Source: a virus (lineage: Duplodnaviria; Caudoviricetes). From it: DNA of 31,704 nucleotides. The stretch is from the IMG/VR virus record IMGVR_UViG_3300031519_000133, positions 1-31,704 of that record; one strand, written 5' to 3'. The notes beneath the pieces were generated by a model. The model saw only the letters and a list, made by a program, of their open reading frames with translations, did not search any database and was not told the DNA's origin. Shown piece after piece: positions 9,838 through 18,175 of this stretch. A program made the translations under genes and the position numbers. Position 1 is the stretch's first letter. Each line of letters begins with the position of its first letter.

Positions 9838-11031
9838 TTAAAATAAAGAGCCTATCGTATAAGCTAAGCTCGGATTTAAGGGTGGAAGTCCTGTCGGAGT
9901 TAAAATTCTATTTAATGGATCTATTATAGTTGCTTGAAATTGTCTTTCTAGATCGATTTTAGGTGCAATTTCGTATGGATATCCACCTGATTTATAAGAA
10001 AAAACTGAATTGAAATTGCTTTTTGTATGATACCATTTAACTTTATCTCCTCCTCTAATTAATTCGTATTTATTTTTTAATTCTACATTCTGGTTTAATA
10101 GATAATTATGATGAGCGCCGCCTCTAATATGTATTGGACACCCTTTACCTAAAACAAAATCATCAACATCATTTAATACAAATTTCTTAAAATTCGATAT
10201 TCCTCGATTCATAGATATTTTTTCAATGTTAGAAAGATTAAATTCTTTTTTCATAGATTTGATTAAACTAACTAATTCTGGATTATGTTTAGTAGTTAAC
10301 TTTTTCTTAGAAAAGATAAATTTCACAGCTTCGATTAATTTATTTCTACAAAATAAAGGAGTACTTGATTGAATAATTTCTAATCCAGTAGTTTTTATAT
10401 AGGAAAGTTTTTCATAATCTTTACCATCTTTCCAAACAATATTTTGGACGTATTTTTTCTTAGCTACCCAAATAGCATTTTCTGCTATAGTTTCTAATTC
10501 AAAATCTAAATAATTATCTACACCGAAAGAATCTGCATAACTAGTCAAAATCTTTTTAAGGAATTTAGCTAACCTAAAATCATTTAGTCGCATAACAAAA
10601 TCTTTAACAGACCCTTCCCATTTAACCGCTTCCATGCATTCTTCAAATATTAAATATCCTGAATCTGTATCTGTATATTTCCATACGTTACCTTTAATTT
10701 TAGGAACCGAATCAAAATCAGTTACGCCTAAATGCTCAAGTAAAGGTTTATCTTTATGAAAATATTGTTTAAAATACTTATCAACCTGTTTTTCTGTAAA
10801 TTTAATAGCATCTTGTCCTTGTAATGTTACAGTTTCAGCTATAGCAATATTATAGAAATGGAAATATTCATTTGCAAAAGCTCCATAAATACTATTAATA
10901 CTTAATTTTATTGCTTGTTCATGAGCTGAGCATTTAGCAGAAAAAGTCCTTATTTCATCTAATTCGCTTGGACTTAATTTACTAAAATCTAATTCTTCAA
11001 TTTGCTCTAATGTATATTCTTCTATATTCAT
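9838..11031 (-). CDS. gp43: Family B DNA polymerase, C-terminal subunit (fingers helix, palm motif C, thumb)
   Basis: Motif B KLSINSIYG, motif C YTDTDS, AKKKY, GLEIIQSSTP, PIHIRG; no exonuclease or motif A. Confidence 0.93.
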   Translation of the reverse strand: MNIEEYTLEQIEELDFSKLSPSELDEIRTFSAKCSAHEQAIKLSINSIYGAFANEYFHFYNIAIAETVTLQGQDAIKFTEKQVDKYFKQYFHKDKPLLEHLGVTDFDSVPKIKGNVWKYTDTDSGYLIFEECMEAVKWEGSVKDFVMRLNDFRLAKFLKKILTSYADSFGVDNYLDFELETIAENAIWVAKKKYVQNIVWKDGKDYEKLSYIKTTGLEIIQSSTPLFCRNKLIEAVKFIFSKKKLTTKHNPELVSLIKSMKKEFNLSNIEKISMNRGISNFKKFVLNDVDDFVLGKGCPIHIRGGAHHNYLLNQNVELKNKYELIRGGDKVKWYHTKSNFNSVFSYKSGGYPYEIAPKIDLERQFQATIIDPLNRILTPTGLPPLNPSLAYTIGSLF

Positions 11032-11036
11032 ATTTT

Positions 11037-11789
11037 TTATTCAGTGATTGCTAAATTAAGAGCAACTTTAGTTACAGAATCAATTGAATCAAGGACTAGT
11101 TTATTTTCACATACAGAAATTTCATAAGATTCTTTATCGATTCTAGTGAAAAATGATTTAAATGTATTACTCATAATAGTCTTTTCTTCAAATATTTTAT
11201 TATCATCAACAACTAGATCAAAAACGCTTGTTTTTATATGAACACCATATTCATCGCCATATATTGAAAATAAATCCGTTTGATCCATTGAAAGCATTGA
11301 TCCGATTTTTGTAAAATCTTCTCTGGGTAAAGTAAAAGAATATTGCTCAGTTGATTTATCTAAAGCTCTACTTATTTGTTCTTCTGAGAGATAAGTGAAC
11401 CCTAAAGATTGATCTTGGCAATATATTTCCATATTTAATCTAGTATCTGATAATGTTATTTTATCAGAAAAATAAGATCCATCGTCTTCTTGATATAAAG
11501 ATATTTCTGCAGTTAATTTATGAGGATCGAAATAAGAAATACATGATAACAATTTTTGGCCAGAAAAGAATGACATTTTAATAGTTATATCACCTAATTC
11601 TGAATCAAATTGAAAAATATCAGAAGTTGGAATTGAATATGATTTTACAACATCCTTTGATGGTATATAAACATTTGAATATGTATTCTGTGAATCGATA
11701 TTTATGTATACCGAAGTGTCCATTAAAAGCATTCGCTTAATCAACGAATTCAAATAAGGAACCGAAATCTTAGTCGCAGTAATTTTCAT
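11037..11789 (-). CDS. Probable sliding clamp (gp45/PCNA-like)
   Basis: 250-aa acidic protein with a two-fold helix/strand pattern, immediately upstream of the polymerase subunit. Inferred from size and context; no diagnostic motif. Confidence 0.45.
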   Translation of the reverse strand: MKITATKISVPYLNSLIKRMLLMDTSVYINIDSQNTYSNVYIPSKDVVKSYSIPTSDIFQFDSELGDITIKMSFFSGQKLLSCISYFDPHKLTAEISLYQEDDGSYFSDKITLSDTRLNMEIYCQDQSLGFTYLSEEQISRALDKSTEQYSFTLPREDFTKIGSMLSMDQTDLFSIYGDEYGVHIKTSVFDLVVDDNKIFEEKTIMSNTFKSFFTRIDKESYEISVCENKLVLDSIDSVTKVALNLAITE

Positions 11790-11810
11790 TTTTTTATAAG
11801 TTTTTAGTTA

Positions 11811-12038
11811 TTATATGTTAATATTATTTGCTTGGATTTCCCATCCAGAAGCTTTAAACGACTCTAACCAATCATCTAAATCTGAACGAATTATCATATA
11901 TGTTTTTTTAATTTCTCCGGTGGTTTTCCAAATGTATTTAATGTCAATAAACCACGGATCTTTAGGATCCATCCAATGATTAACGTCAATTTCTATTTTA
12001 TACCTAGAAAGAGAGTTTTTGTTTTCTAATTTATACAT
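11811..12038 (-). CDS. Hypothetical protein (75 aa, Trp-rich)
   Basis: ORF track; A-rich start context like its neighbours. Confidence 0.55.
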   Translation of the reverse strand: MYKLENKNSLSRYKIEIDVNHWMDPKDPWFIDIKYIWKTTGEIKKTYMIIRSDLDDWLESFKASGWEIQANNINI

Positions 12039-12058
12039 TTTTTATAATAATATGAAAG

Positions 12059-12116
12059 TATACTCAATAGGGTATAAATATTCACATACTATTTAAAATA
12101 TACCTCTTAGGGTATA
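12059..12116. promoter_or_regulatory. Paired palindromic TATAC-N8-GTATA sites 40 bp apart (operator-like)
   Basis: tatactcaatagggtata (12059-12076) and tatacctcttagggtata (12099-12116). Confidence 0.45.
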
Positions 12117-12124
12117 TTACACAA

Positions 12125-12163
12125 ACAACAAAAGCGAAGATTTTACTCTTCGCTTTTCGTTGT
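12125..12163 (-). terminator. Intrinsic terminator downstream of nrdJ
   Basis: 11-bp stem aaaagcgaaga (12130-12140) / tcttcgctttt (12147-12157), 6-nt loop, T-rich tail on the minus strand. Confidence 0.8.
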
Positions 12164-12191
12164 TATGTATGTATTTTTTTTTCGATATAAT

Positions 12192-12199
12192 TATATATC
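12192..12199 (-). promoter_or_regulatory. Putative late promoter GATATATA overlapping the nrdJ stop
   Basis: Part of the 16-mer GATATATAATTATATC, which also occurs at 27301-27316. Confidence 0.5.
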
Positions 12200-14280
12200 T
12201 AAAGAATTTCACAGGCTCCGCCAGCACATGCAATCTCACCTTTAAGATCTGTATTATCATCGTACTCTAATACTGATTTTAAATCTATTTCAGGAATCAA
12301 TGATTTTAATCTAATAAATTCTTCTTTTGTTATATCTTCAAATGGTGCTTGTTTATAAGATCCTCCGTCATAAGGGAGTACGGATAGTCCATTATAACAA
12401 TTACGGTTCTTCCACATCCATTCTCCAACAGATTCCCATTCATTCTTTTTAATTGATACAGTTGCAGATATGTTATGAGTATTCATTCCATCAACATGTC
12501 CTGGCGTTATCCACGATTCATATACAGTTTTAACTCTATTTAAAAGATCTAATGCACTTTCCGATCGTAAAATAGAATCATCCGGAGCTTTTTGTGGAAT
12601 TTTTAATATTGACGTTGAATGAGGTGAAAAGAAATCATCTTCGATAAAATCAGGCATATTTTTCAATAAATATCCATAGATACTTTCGTTTTTGCCTATT
12701 CTCATTCTTCTAATATAATAGTCGTTATGCCAAGCGTGTATTCCGGAACTAGAGCCAACTACCATAGAAGAAGTTCCGCTAGGTTTAACCGTTGTGCATC
12801 TAGCTGCGGATTTTATTCCAATTAATTTAGCAATTCTAATATTTTCGAGCTTAACTATATTTGCAGTAAGTTTCATGTCGTATTTTAAAACTTTACCAGA
12901 GCCAATTCCTGTCATACCAACTCCAATTAATGCATCCTTTTCTGTAGTCTTTTTCCAAATATCTCGAAGATAATGGAAATCAGTATATCCTGCTTGAAGA
13001 GTTCCTATAAATGCGGCAGCCTTAGCTCGTTCGTTTAAATCTTCTTGGGATTCTATATTACTTACGTTAACTTCGCATAGATTACAAAATTGATAAGGTC
13101 TTAATGCTATTTCGCAACATGGATTAGTTCCCCAATCTTTATCATTAGTTAGATAAAATCCAGGTTCACCTGATCCACTACTTTCAACCTCTTTCCATAA
13201 TTCTATAAACTTCTTTTTAGTAACTCTAGATCTAACTAAAACAACTGAATTATTCGATCTACCTCTTTGTGGTTGAAAATAATACCAAGGAAGTACTCCG
13301 TTTTCTAAATATTTTTTTATATCGGATTCAGGTACCCATTCAAGAATTTTTTCAGATTCGCCATATTGAGGTTCTGTATATGTGACTTTAATATCATAAT
13401 ATGTATTACCTACTTGATCTATATGAGTTGCTTTAACTTTTGTAGGTTCACCGGCTTCATTAACTGGACCATTTACGTAAGTATAATCCCAATCATTTAT
13501 AGTAAACATACTTTTAGCGTTAAGCATATTTTTATCCTTTGCACTGAATAAAGAAATTAAAGCGGCTCGTCTAATTCCGCCAGCTAGAACCGCGTCAGCT
13601 ATAAAACAAACTATATCATGAACTTCTATTGGATTTAAAAATGATCCGGTCTTTTTGTTATTTAGTAAAGATTGTAAGGACCCTAAACAAGATTTTAATG
13701 GTTCGGCTCCTGGCGCCTTTCCGCCAGATGTAACTAATTCAGCACCTTTTTCTCGTATATCAGAATAATCAAAATGTATTGTTGCAGTGCCTCTAAAATA
13801 AGATTTCATTAAAGCCTTAATTGCATCTGCCCAACCTTCTATATTATCACTAATCAAAAATCTTTTAACTAAATCAGGTCTTGGTTTTCTTATTTCTGGT
13901 AGTTTTTCTATATGATGTCTTTGAACTGAATAGCCAACACCAGTTCCACCTAATAAAAGAAACATAACTTCACCAAAAGATCTCCAATCGTCTATAGGAA
14001 GATATGCGCAATTATATATTCTATTAGGTGATGTTTGTATAGGCTTACCTCCAAATTGTAAACTTCTCATTGACGGTAAAACTTTTTTATCATATACAAA
14101 TTTATAAACAGATTCTATTTCTTTTTTTAATTTAGGGTATTTTTTTATATGCATTTGTTTATTCCTATCAACAATCTCCTCCCATGATTCTCTTCTATTT
14201 AAATCTTTTCTATATCTTGCATATTTAGTAAATACTGTAATATCACTCAATACATCAATTGTTTGATCTCGTCTATTCAT
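12199..14280 (-). CDS. nrdJ: Class II (adenosylcobalamin-dependent) ribonucleotide reductase
   Basis: KYARY..RRESW, LPSMRSLQ, NCAY, GTGVG, GGIRRAALI, GSGEPG, TNPCCEI, TTVKPSGT, C-terminal CAGGACEI; no small-subunit gene nearby. Confidence 0.93.
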   Translation of the reverse strand: MNRRDQTIDVLSDITVFTKYARYRKDLNRRESWEEIVDRNKQMHIKKYPKLKKEIESVYKFVYDKKVLPSMRSLQFGGKPIQTSPNRIYNCAYLPIDDWRSFGEVMFLLLGGTGVGYSVQRHHIEKLPEIRKPRPDLVKRFLISDNIEGWADAIKALMKSYFRGTATIHFDYSDIREKGAELVTSGGKAPGAEPLKSCLGSLQSLLNNKKTGSFLNPIEVHDIVCFIADAVLAGGIRRAALISLFSAKDKNMLNAKSMFTINDWDYTYVNGPVNEAGEPTKVKATHIDQVGNTYYDIKVTYTEPQYGESEKILEWVPESDIKKYLENGVLPWYYFQPQRGRSNNSVVLVRSRVTKKKFIELWKEVESSGSGEPGFYLTNDKDWGTNPCCEIALRPYQFCNLCEVNVSNIESQEDLNERAKAAAFIGTLQAGYTDFHYLRDIWKKTTEKDALIGVGMTGIGSGKVLKYDMKLTANIVKLENIRIAKLIGIKSAARCTTVKPSGTSSMVVGSSSGIHAWHNDYYIRRMRIGKNESIYGYLLKNMPDFIEDDFFSPHSTSILKIPQKAPDDSILRSESALDLLNRVKTVYESWITPGHVDGMNTHNISATVSIKKNEWESVGEWMWKNRNCYNGLSVLPYDGGSYKQAPFEDITKEEFIRLKSLIPEIDLKSVLEYDDNTDLKGEIACAGGACEIL

Positions 14281-14287
14281 ATTTAAT

Positions 14288-15682
14288 TTATTTTTTTAGT
14301 TTTGAAAGTTTTAATTCTATTTCCAAATGTTTTTTCTTGTGCACCTTTCTTTTATTATAAAGATTTGTTAAAATCTTTTTTAAGACTGAAGTTTTTGTAT
14401 TATCATAGACTGCTCCAGTAACTGAAACGATATAATCTGGATCATTTAGATATTTTTTTAATGAAGCCTCGTTAGTGAATTTACCAATAAAAGAATCTGG
14501 TGAAATATTGTATTGACGCATTATTGATGGATATAGAGAAGCATAATCATAACAAGAAGCCGCTCTGAATATACCCTTTTCAGGTTCTTTTACATAAGCA
14601 CCTTCGTAAGTTCCTTTAGGTGTATCAACTTTTTTATCTGCGATCACTTTATTATCTTCGTAATATCCTTGCCATATAAGAGCTTCAGTTAAATTAACCG
14701 CTGATGATGCTTTATATATAGGTAAGTTACACATATTAGACATAGAAAAAATAGTATTTGTAGTTTTTAATTTTTTATGTATCAAACATACTAAAGCCGC
14801 ATCGATAGCGTTATACAAAATATATTTATCATAATCCTCTTCGTATAATTGTTGTAGGCTTCCGTTGTATTTTAGTTTAGTAACACCTAACACTGCTCCG
14901 GCGACAAAATCTAATTTGTTACTTTCTTTAATAGCGACAGTTCTGTCCCATCTTTTATACATATCCATATAATCAATCATACCTACATGAAGTGGTACAT
15001 CATCATTACCTCTAAGTTTTCTTGACGGAGAAGCCATTTTAACATCGATTCCTAATTTAGCACATCTTGTTGAAATATATTTCCAATCAAATCTCATGAA
15101 ATTCCAACCTATAGCTAAAGAGAATTTTGGCATAAACTTATTTATGAAAGTATACATCATATTAAATTCATCCTCAAAGCAAACATACTTAAATTTCCAA
15201 TCTCCGTACTTTTTTAAATATTTTGCGTGCTCGTCGTAAATTTTCTTTTCTTGATCTTTAGTTATAGGTTTCCATCCCATAACTAATGTTGAATTAGCTT
15301 CTGTAGATATTGCAATAGTTGTAATTCTCTCCTTAGCTATCTCCGGATTAGGAAATCCATCAATAACTTCTGTTTCGATATCAATAGATTGTACTTTAGG
15401 GAAATTTAATGCCTGTAACTCCTTTTTGTCTTCTTCAGGAAGGTTTTCTATAAACTCATAAAGTGACCATTTATTTAATCTTTTATCAGGGACTTTTTTA
15501 ACAGATCGACCATCCCAATTTACAAAATCTGTTGATTTATCGGGATCTCTATCTGAACAGGTTTGCCAGTTTTTTATGTCACGATATTTATCTAATGGAA
15601 ATTTCTTAATCGAAACCGCTCCTTGTTTATTAAAATAGGATATGATTAACTCGTATCCTTTATTTTCAATGTTCAATATCAT
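14288..15682 (-). CDS. gp43: Family B DNA polymerase, N-terminal subunit (3'-5' exonuclease plus motif A)
   Basis: ExoI DIET, ExoII GWNFMRFDWKY, ExoIII YNAID, YEGAYVKEP, motif A DYASLYPS, NISPDS; ends after the first fingers helix. Confidence 0.93.
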   Translation of the reverse strand: MILNIENKGYELIISYFNKQGAVSIKKFPLDKYRDIKNWQTCSDRDPDKSTDFVNWDGRSVKKVPDKRLNKWSLYEFIENLPEEDKKELQALNFPKVQSIDIETEVIDGFPNPEIAKERITTIAISTEANSTLVMGWKPITKDQEKKIYDEHAKYLKKYGDWKFKYVCFEDEFNMMYTFINKFMPKFSLAIGWNFMRFDWKYISTRCAKLGIDVKMASPSRKLRGNDDVPLHVGMIDYMDMYKRWDRTVAIKESNKLDFVAGAVLGVTKLKYNGSLQQLYEEDYDKYILYNAIDAALVCLIHKKLKTTNTIFSMSNMCNLPIYKASSAVNLTEALIWQGYYEDNKVIADKKVDTPKGTYEGAYVKEPEKGIFRAASCYDYASLYPSIMRQYNISPDSFIGKFTNEASLKKYLNDPDYIVSVTGAVYDNTKTSVLKKILTNLYNKRKVHKKKHLEIELKLSKLKK

Positions 15683-15709
15683 TGAGTATATTTTTAAATG
15701 GTTATAAAA

Positions 15710-16153
15710 TTATTTTATGCCTGTAGAACCAAATTTACCTTCACCTCTTTCAGTTATCTCTCCTTCCCATAATTTATCTTCTGATTCAACTAAATTAATA
15801 GGCTCATAAGAAACAGGGAGTAATAGGAATTGTATAATCTTATCTCCAGAATTGATAATAGTTGAAGAATTAGTGACGTTAGTTAAGTGTATATGTATTT
15901 CTCCTTGATAGTCTTCATCAACAACACAAGCGCCAACTTGTAATCCTCGCTTAGTGGCTATTCCTGATTTATTATTTGCAATAAATACATGATCTTCCGG
16001 TATATTAGCCTTAATACCTGAAGGTATAACCACTGAATCTCCTGGATCTAAAATAGTATCTTTGAAATCTTCAGGTACGAAAAAATCAACACCTGCACTT
16101 TTAGAAGTTCCTCTATTAGGAGTCTTAACATTTCTTGTTTTGTAAAATTTCAT
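15710..16153 (-). CDS. dut: Trimeric dUTPase; start revised from 16192 to the ATG at 16153
   Basis: SAGVDF, NKSG, VVDEDYQGEI, GDKIIQ, RGEGKFGSTG. The longer track start would overlap the upstream terminator region. Confidence 0.93.
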   Translation of the reverse strand: MKFYKTRNVKTPNRGTSKSAGVDFFVPEDFKDTILDPGDSVVIPSGIKANIPEDHVFIANNKSGIATKRGLQVGACVVDEDYQGEIHIHLTNVTNSSTIINSGDKIIQFLLLPVSYEPINLVESEDKLWEGEITERGEGKFGSTGIK

Positions 16154-16187
16154 TTTTTTATAATGTTTAATTTTTATATGTAAGAGA

Positions 16188-16220
16188 TGCAAAAAGAGAA
16201 CTTAAAAAGTTCTCTCTGCA
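16188..16220 (-). terminator. Intrinsic terminator closing the leader-protein array
   Basis: Stem agagaactt (16195-16203) / aagttctct (16207-16215), followed by TTTT on the minus strand. Confidence 0.7.
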
Positions 16221-16259
16221 ATAACAAAAAGTAATTGTCTGTATTTCTTTTTGTATCTG

Positions 16260-16865
16260 CTAATTTTTATTTAAATTTTCATTAACAAACTCGTCGAATC
16301 TTTTAAATCGATTCTTTCTTTTCTTCTTTTTCTTTTTAGGCAAATCTTTAGATAAAGTAAATGGAATATCACCAGAACCAGTCTTCTGTGAAACAAAAGA
16401 ACTTTGAGAGCCAGGATCTCCTGGAAAAGACACGACTCCCATTCCATTAACTGACCCAACCGTCGCTGAGGCCGAGTTTTCGAATGCAGATTTAGCTATT
16501 TTAATTGCATCCGGTTCATCAATAAGACCGGCTTTATACAATTTTGAATAATAATTTGGATCTTCTCCTAAATGATCGTTCGCAATTTTCTCAGCTTCTT
16601 TAGGGTCTTTAGTATGTTCCATTTCTACGGCAATACCTAATTCTAGCTCTATTTCAGAGGATTCTTTTAATTTACCAAACTCTACATCAATCATTTTATT
16701 AACCTCTTTAGGATCTATTTTATTAGCAAGATCTTCTATTTGTTTTCTCCACATATCGTCTATTTTTTTAGGATCTAATCCTTCTTTACCTTTAGAGGAT
16801 TTCCATTTCTGAACTCCTTTCACTTGACTAAAAAGTCTAAACTGAGATTTAGTTGTAGCAGGCAT
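16260..16865 (-). CDS. Modular hypothetical protein with DUF5661-like segment; leader-like motif at the C-terminus
   Basis: 'LGIAVEMEHTKDPKEAEKIANDHLGEDPNYYSKL' fits DUF5661 as recalled; ends KKKKKKRKNRFKRFDEFVNENLNKN. Confidence 0.6.
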   Translation of the reverse strand: MPATTKSQFRLFSQVKGVQKWKSSKGKEGLDPKKIDDMWRKQIEDLANKIDPKEVNKMIDVEFGKLKESSEIELELGIAVEMEHTKDPKEAEKIANDHLGEDPNYYSKLYKAGLIDEPDAIKIAKSAFENSASATVGSVNGMGVVSFPGDPGSQSSFVSQKTGSGDIPFTLSKDLPKKKKKKRKNRFKRFDEFVNENLNKN

Positions 16866-16868
16866 ATT

Positions 16869-17546
16869 TTATTTTTTTACGTAAGATAAGAATTTCTTAT
16901 GATATTTTTTTGGTATATGGTCGGATAACAGGTAATTTATAAGATCTTCTCTACTCATCCATTGTTGTCCAGCAGCATCATTAGCAGTAGAAGTAAACAT
17001 TCCAGCAGCATCTAATATGTCAAATACTTCATCTGGACTAACCGCATCATATGCTTCGGTTACTCGATTATATAATTGTTCATCAGGGCTCCATGTCCAA
17101 TCGTTAGAATCAAATCCTTTAATCTTTTTTTCTTTTTGGTATTCGTCTGATGAGATTTTGTTGGCCTTCGTTAGACCTTCGTTCAAAGAATTCTTAAACA
17201 GTCCGATTGATTCATTTATTGTATCATCTTTTTTATTTATGAATTCGTATACTCGTTTTCCGTATTTAGAAAGAGCCCAAACTTTATGTCCTCTATTATT
17301 AAAAGATTCAAAGAACTTAGAATTTCTTTTGAACCAGGTTTTTGTATCAGTACCTCTTCCAGTTTCTTCCATTAGTTTAGCTAAGAAGTTTTCCATCTGT
17401 TTTTCGGTAACAAACTTATTTCCTATGAACTTAAGAATTTCATTTCGTACTGGAGCTTTTTCGTTAACTCTAATTCTTCCGTAATCTCCATATTTTCTCT
17501 TTACCTGAGACCGGCCTTCGTTTAAGTTTTTAAATAATCCTTTCAT
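16869..17546 (-). CDS. Hypothetical protein with leader MKGLFKNLNE, repeated internally
   Basis: N-terminal MKGLFKNLNEG; internal INESIGLFKNSLNEG. Confidence 0.6.
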   Translation of the reverse strand: MKGLFKNLNEGRSQVKRKYGDYGRIRVNEKAPVRNEILKFIGNKFVTEKQMENFLAKLMEETGRGTDTKTWFKRNSKFFESFNNRGHKVWALSKYGKRVYEFINKKDDTINESIGLFKNSLNEGLTKANKISSDEYQKEKKIKGFDSNDWTWSPDEQLYNRVTEAYDAVSPDEVFDILDAAGMFTSTANDAAGQQWMSREDLINYLLSDHIPKKYHKKFLSYVKK

Positions 17547-17561
17547 TTTTTTATCTTTTTT

Positions 17562-17765
17562 TTATATTCCTAGTTCTTTATGTAGCACTTTCATGAAAGG
17601 TCCATAATTATTTGATCCGTATTGGTCTTTAAGAATTTTAGCTATTGCAATAGCGAAATCTGAATAAGATAGAGATTCGTCTATTTTATCGATCGATTTA
17701 AGTATCTCCTTACTCAAAGCATCAGAGTCTTTTGATTCGTTTAAGTTTTTAAATAAGCCTTTCAT
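17562..17765 (-). CDS. Hypothetical 67-aa protein with leader MKGLFKNLNE
   Basis: First 30 nt are 29/30 identical to those of the neighbouring gene. Confidence 0.65.
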   Translation of the reverse strand: MKGLFKNLNESKDSDALSKEILKSIDKIDESLSYSDFAIAIAKILKDQYGSNNYGPFMKVLHKELGI

Positions 17766-17783
17766 ATTTGTTTTTTTGTTTTT

Positions 17784-18146
17784 TTATACTGTTACTAAAC
17801 CTTTTTGGATTAGTTCATTTATGTCTTTTAAAGAAAACCCATAAGGTTCACGCATCCCTTTGTATTCTGCATAGACCCCGACACTTTTATCGCCATCCTG
17901 TTTATATTCAACTGAGTTATGATCTAATCTCAAAGTTCTACCTTTATTAAAGAAATCAACTGTATCGTTACTTGATTTATCAGTCCATTCAAAACTATGA
18001 TAATTTTTTGTTGACCCTAAACCAGAACCGAAATTATCTCTTATACCCTTTCTCCAAGTCTCTTTGACGAATTTTAAAGTATTAGGGAATTGTGAAAGCT
18101 GTTTTGCTTCATTTAAGAACTCATTAAAGTTTTGTAAATTTTTCAT
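17784..18146 (-). CDS. Hypothetical protein with leader MKNLQNFNEFLNE
   Basis: Leader motif; GATATATA 21 nt upstream. Confidence 0.65.
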   Translation of the reverse strand: MKNLQNFNEFLNEAKQLSQFPNTLKFVKETWRKGIRDNFGSGLGSTKNYHSFEWTDKSSNDTVDFFNKGRTLRLDHNSVEYKQDGDKSVGVYAEYKGMREPYGFSLKDINELIQKGLVTV

Positions 18147-18167
18147 ATTTGGTTTTTGTCGTTTTTT

Positions 18168-18175
18168 TATATATC
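18168..18175 (-). promoter_or_regulatory. Putative late promoter GATATATA
   Basis: Overlaps the upstream TGA stop and heads the four-gene array 16260-18146. Confidence 0.65.

Noticed and set aside
12073-12080. T4 late consensus TATAAATA on the plus strand
   Set aside because: It is antisense to all genes with nothing to drive, and is likely a by-product of the palindromic box.
9838-15682. Split intein or intron joining the polymerase halves
   Set aside because: There is no intein N-terminal block or His-Asn/Cys junction, and the intervening DNA encodes ordinary genes.
16154-16192. N-terminal extension of the dUTPase given by the track
   Set aside because: It overlaps the terminator and spacer; the ATG at 16153 has the typical A-rich context and gives a normal-sized dUTPase.
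16271-16459. 62-aa alternative-frame ORF on the minus strand
   Set aside because: It is nested in the 201-aa gene and has no independent support.
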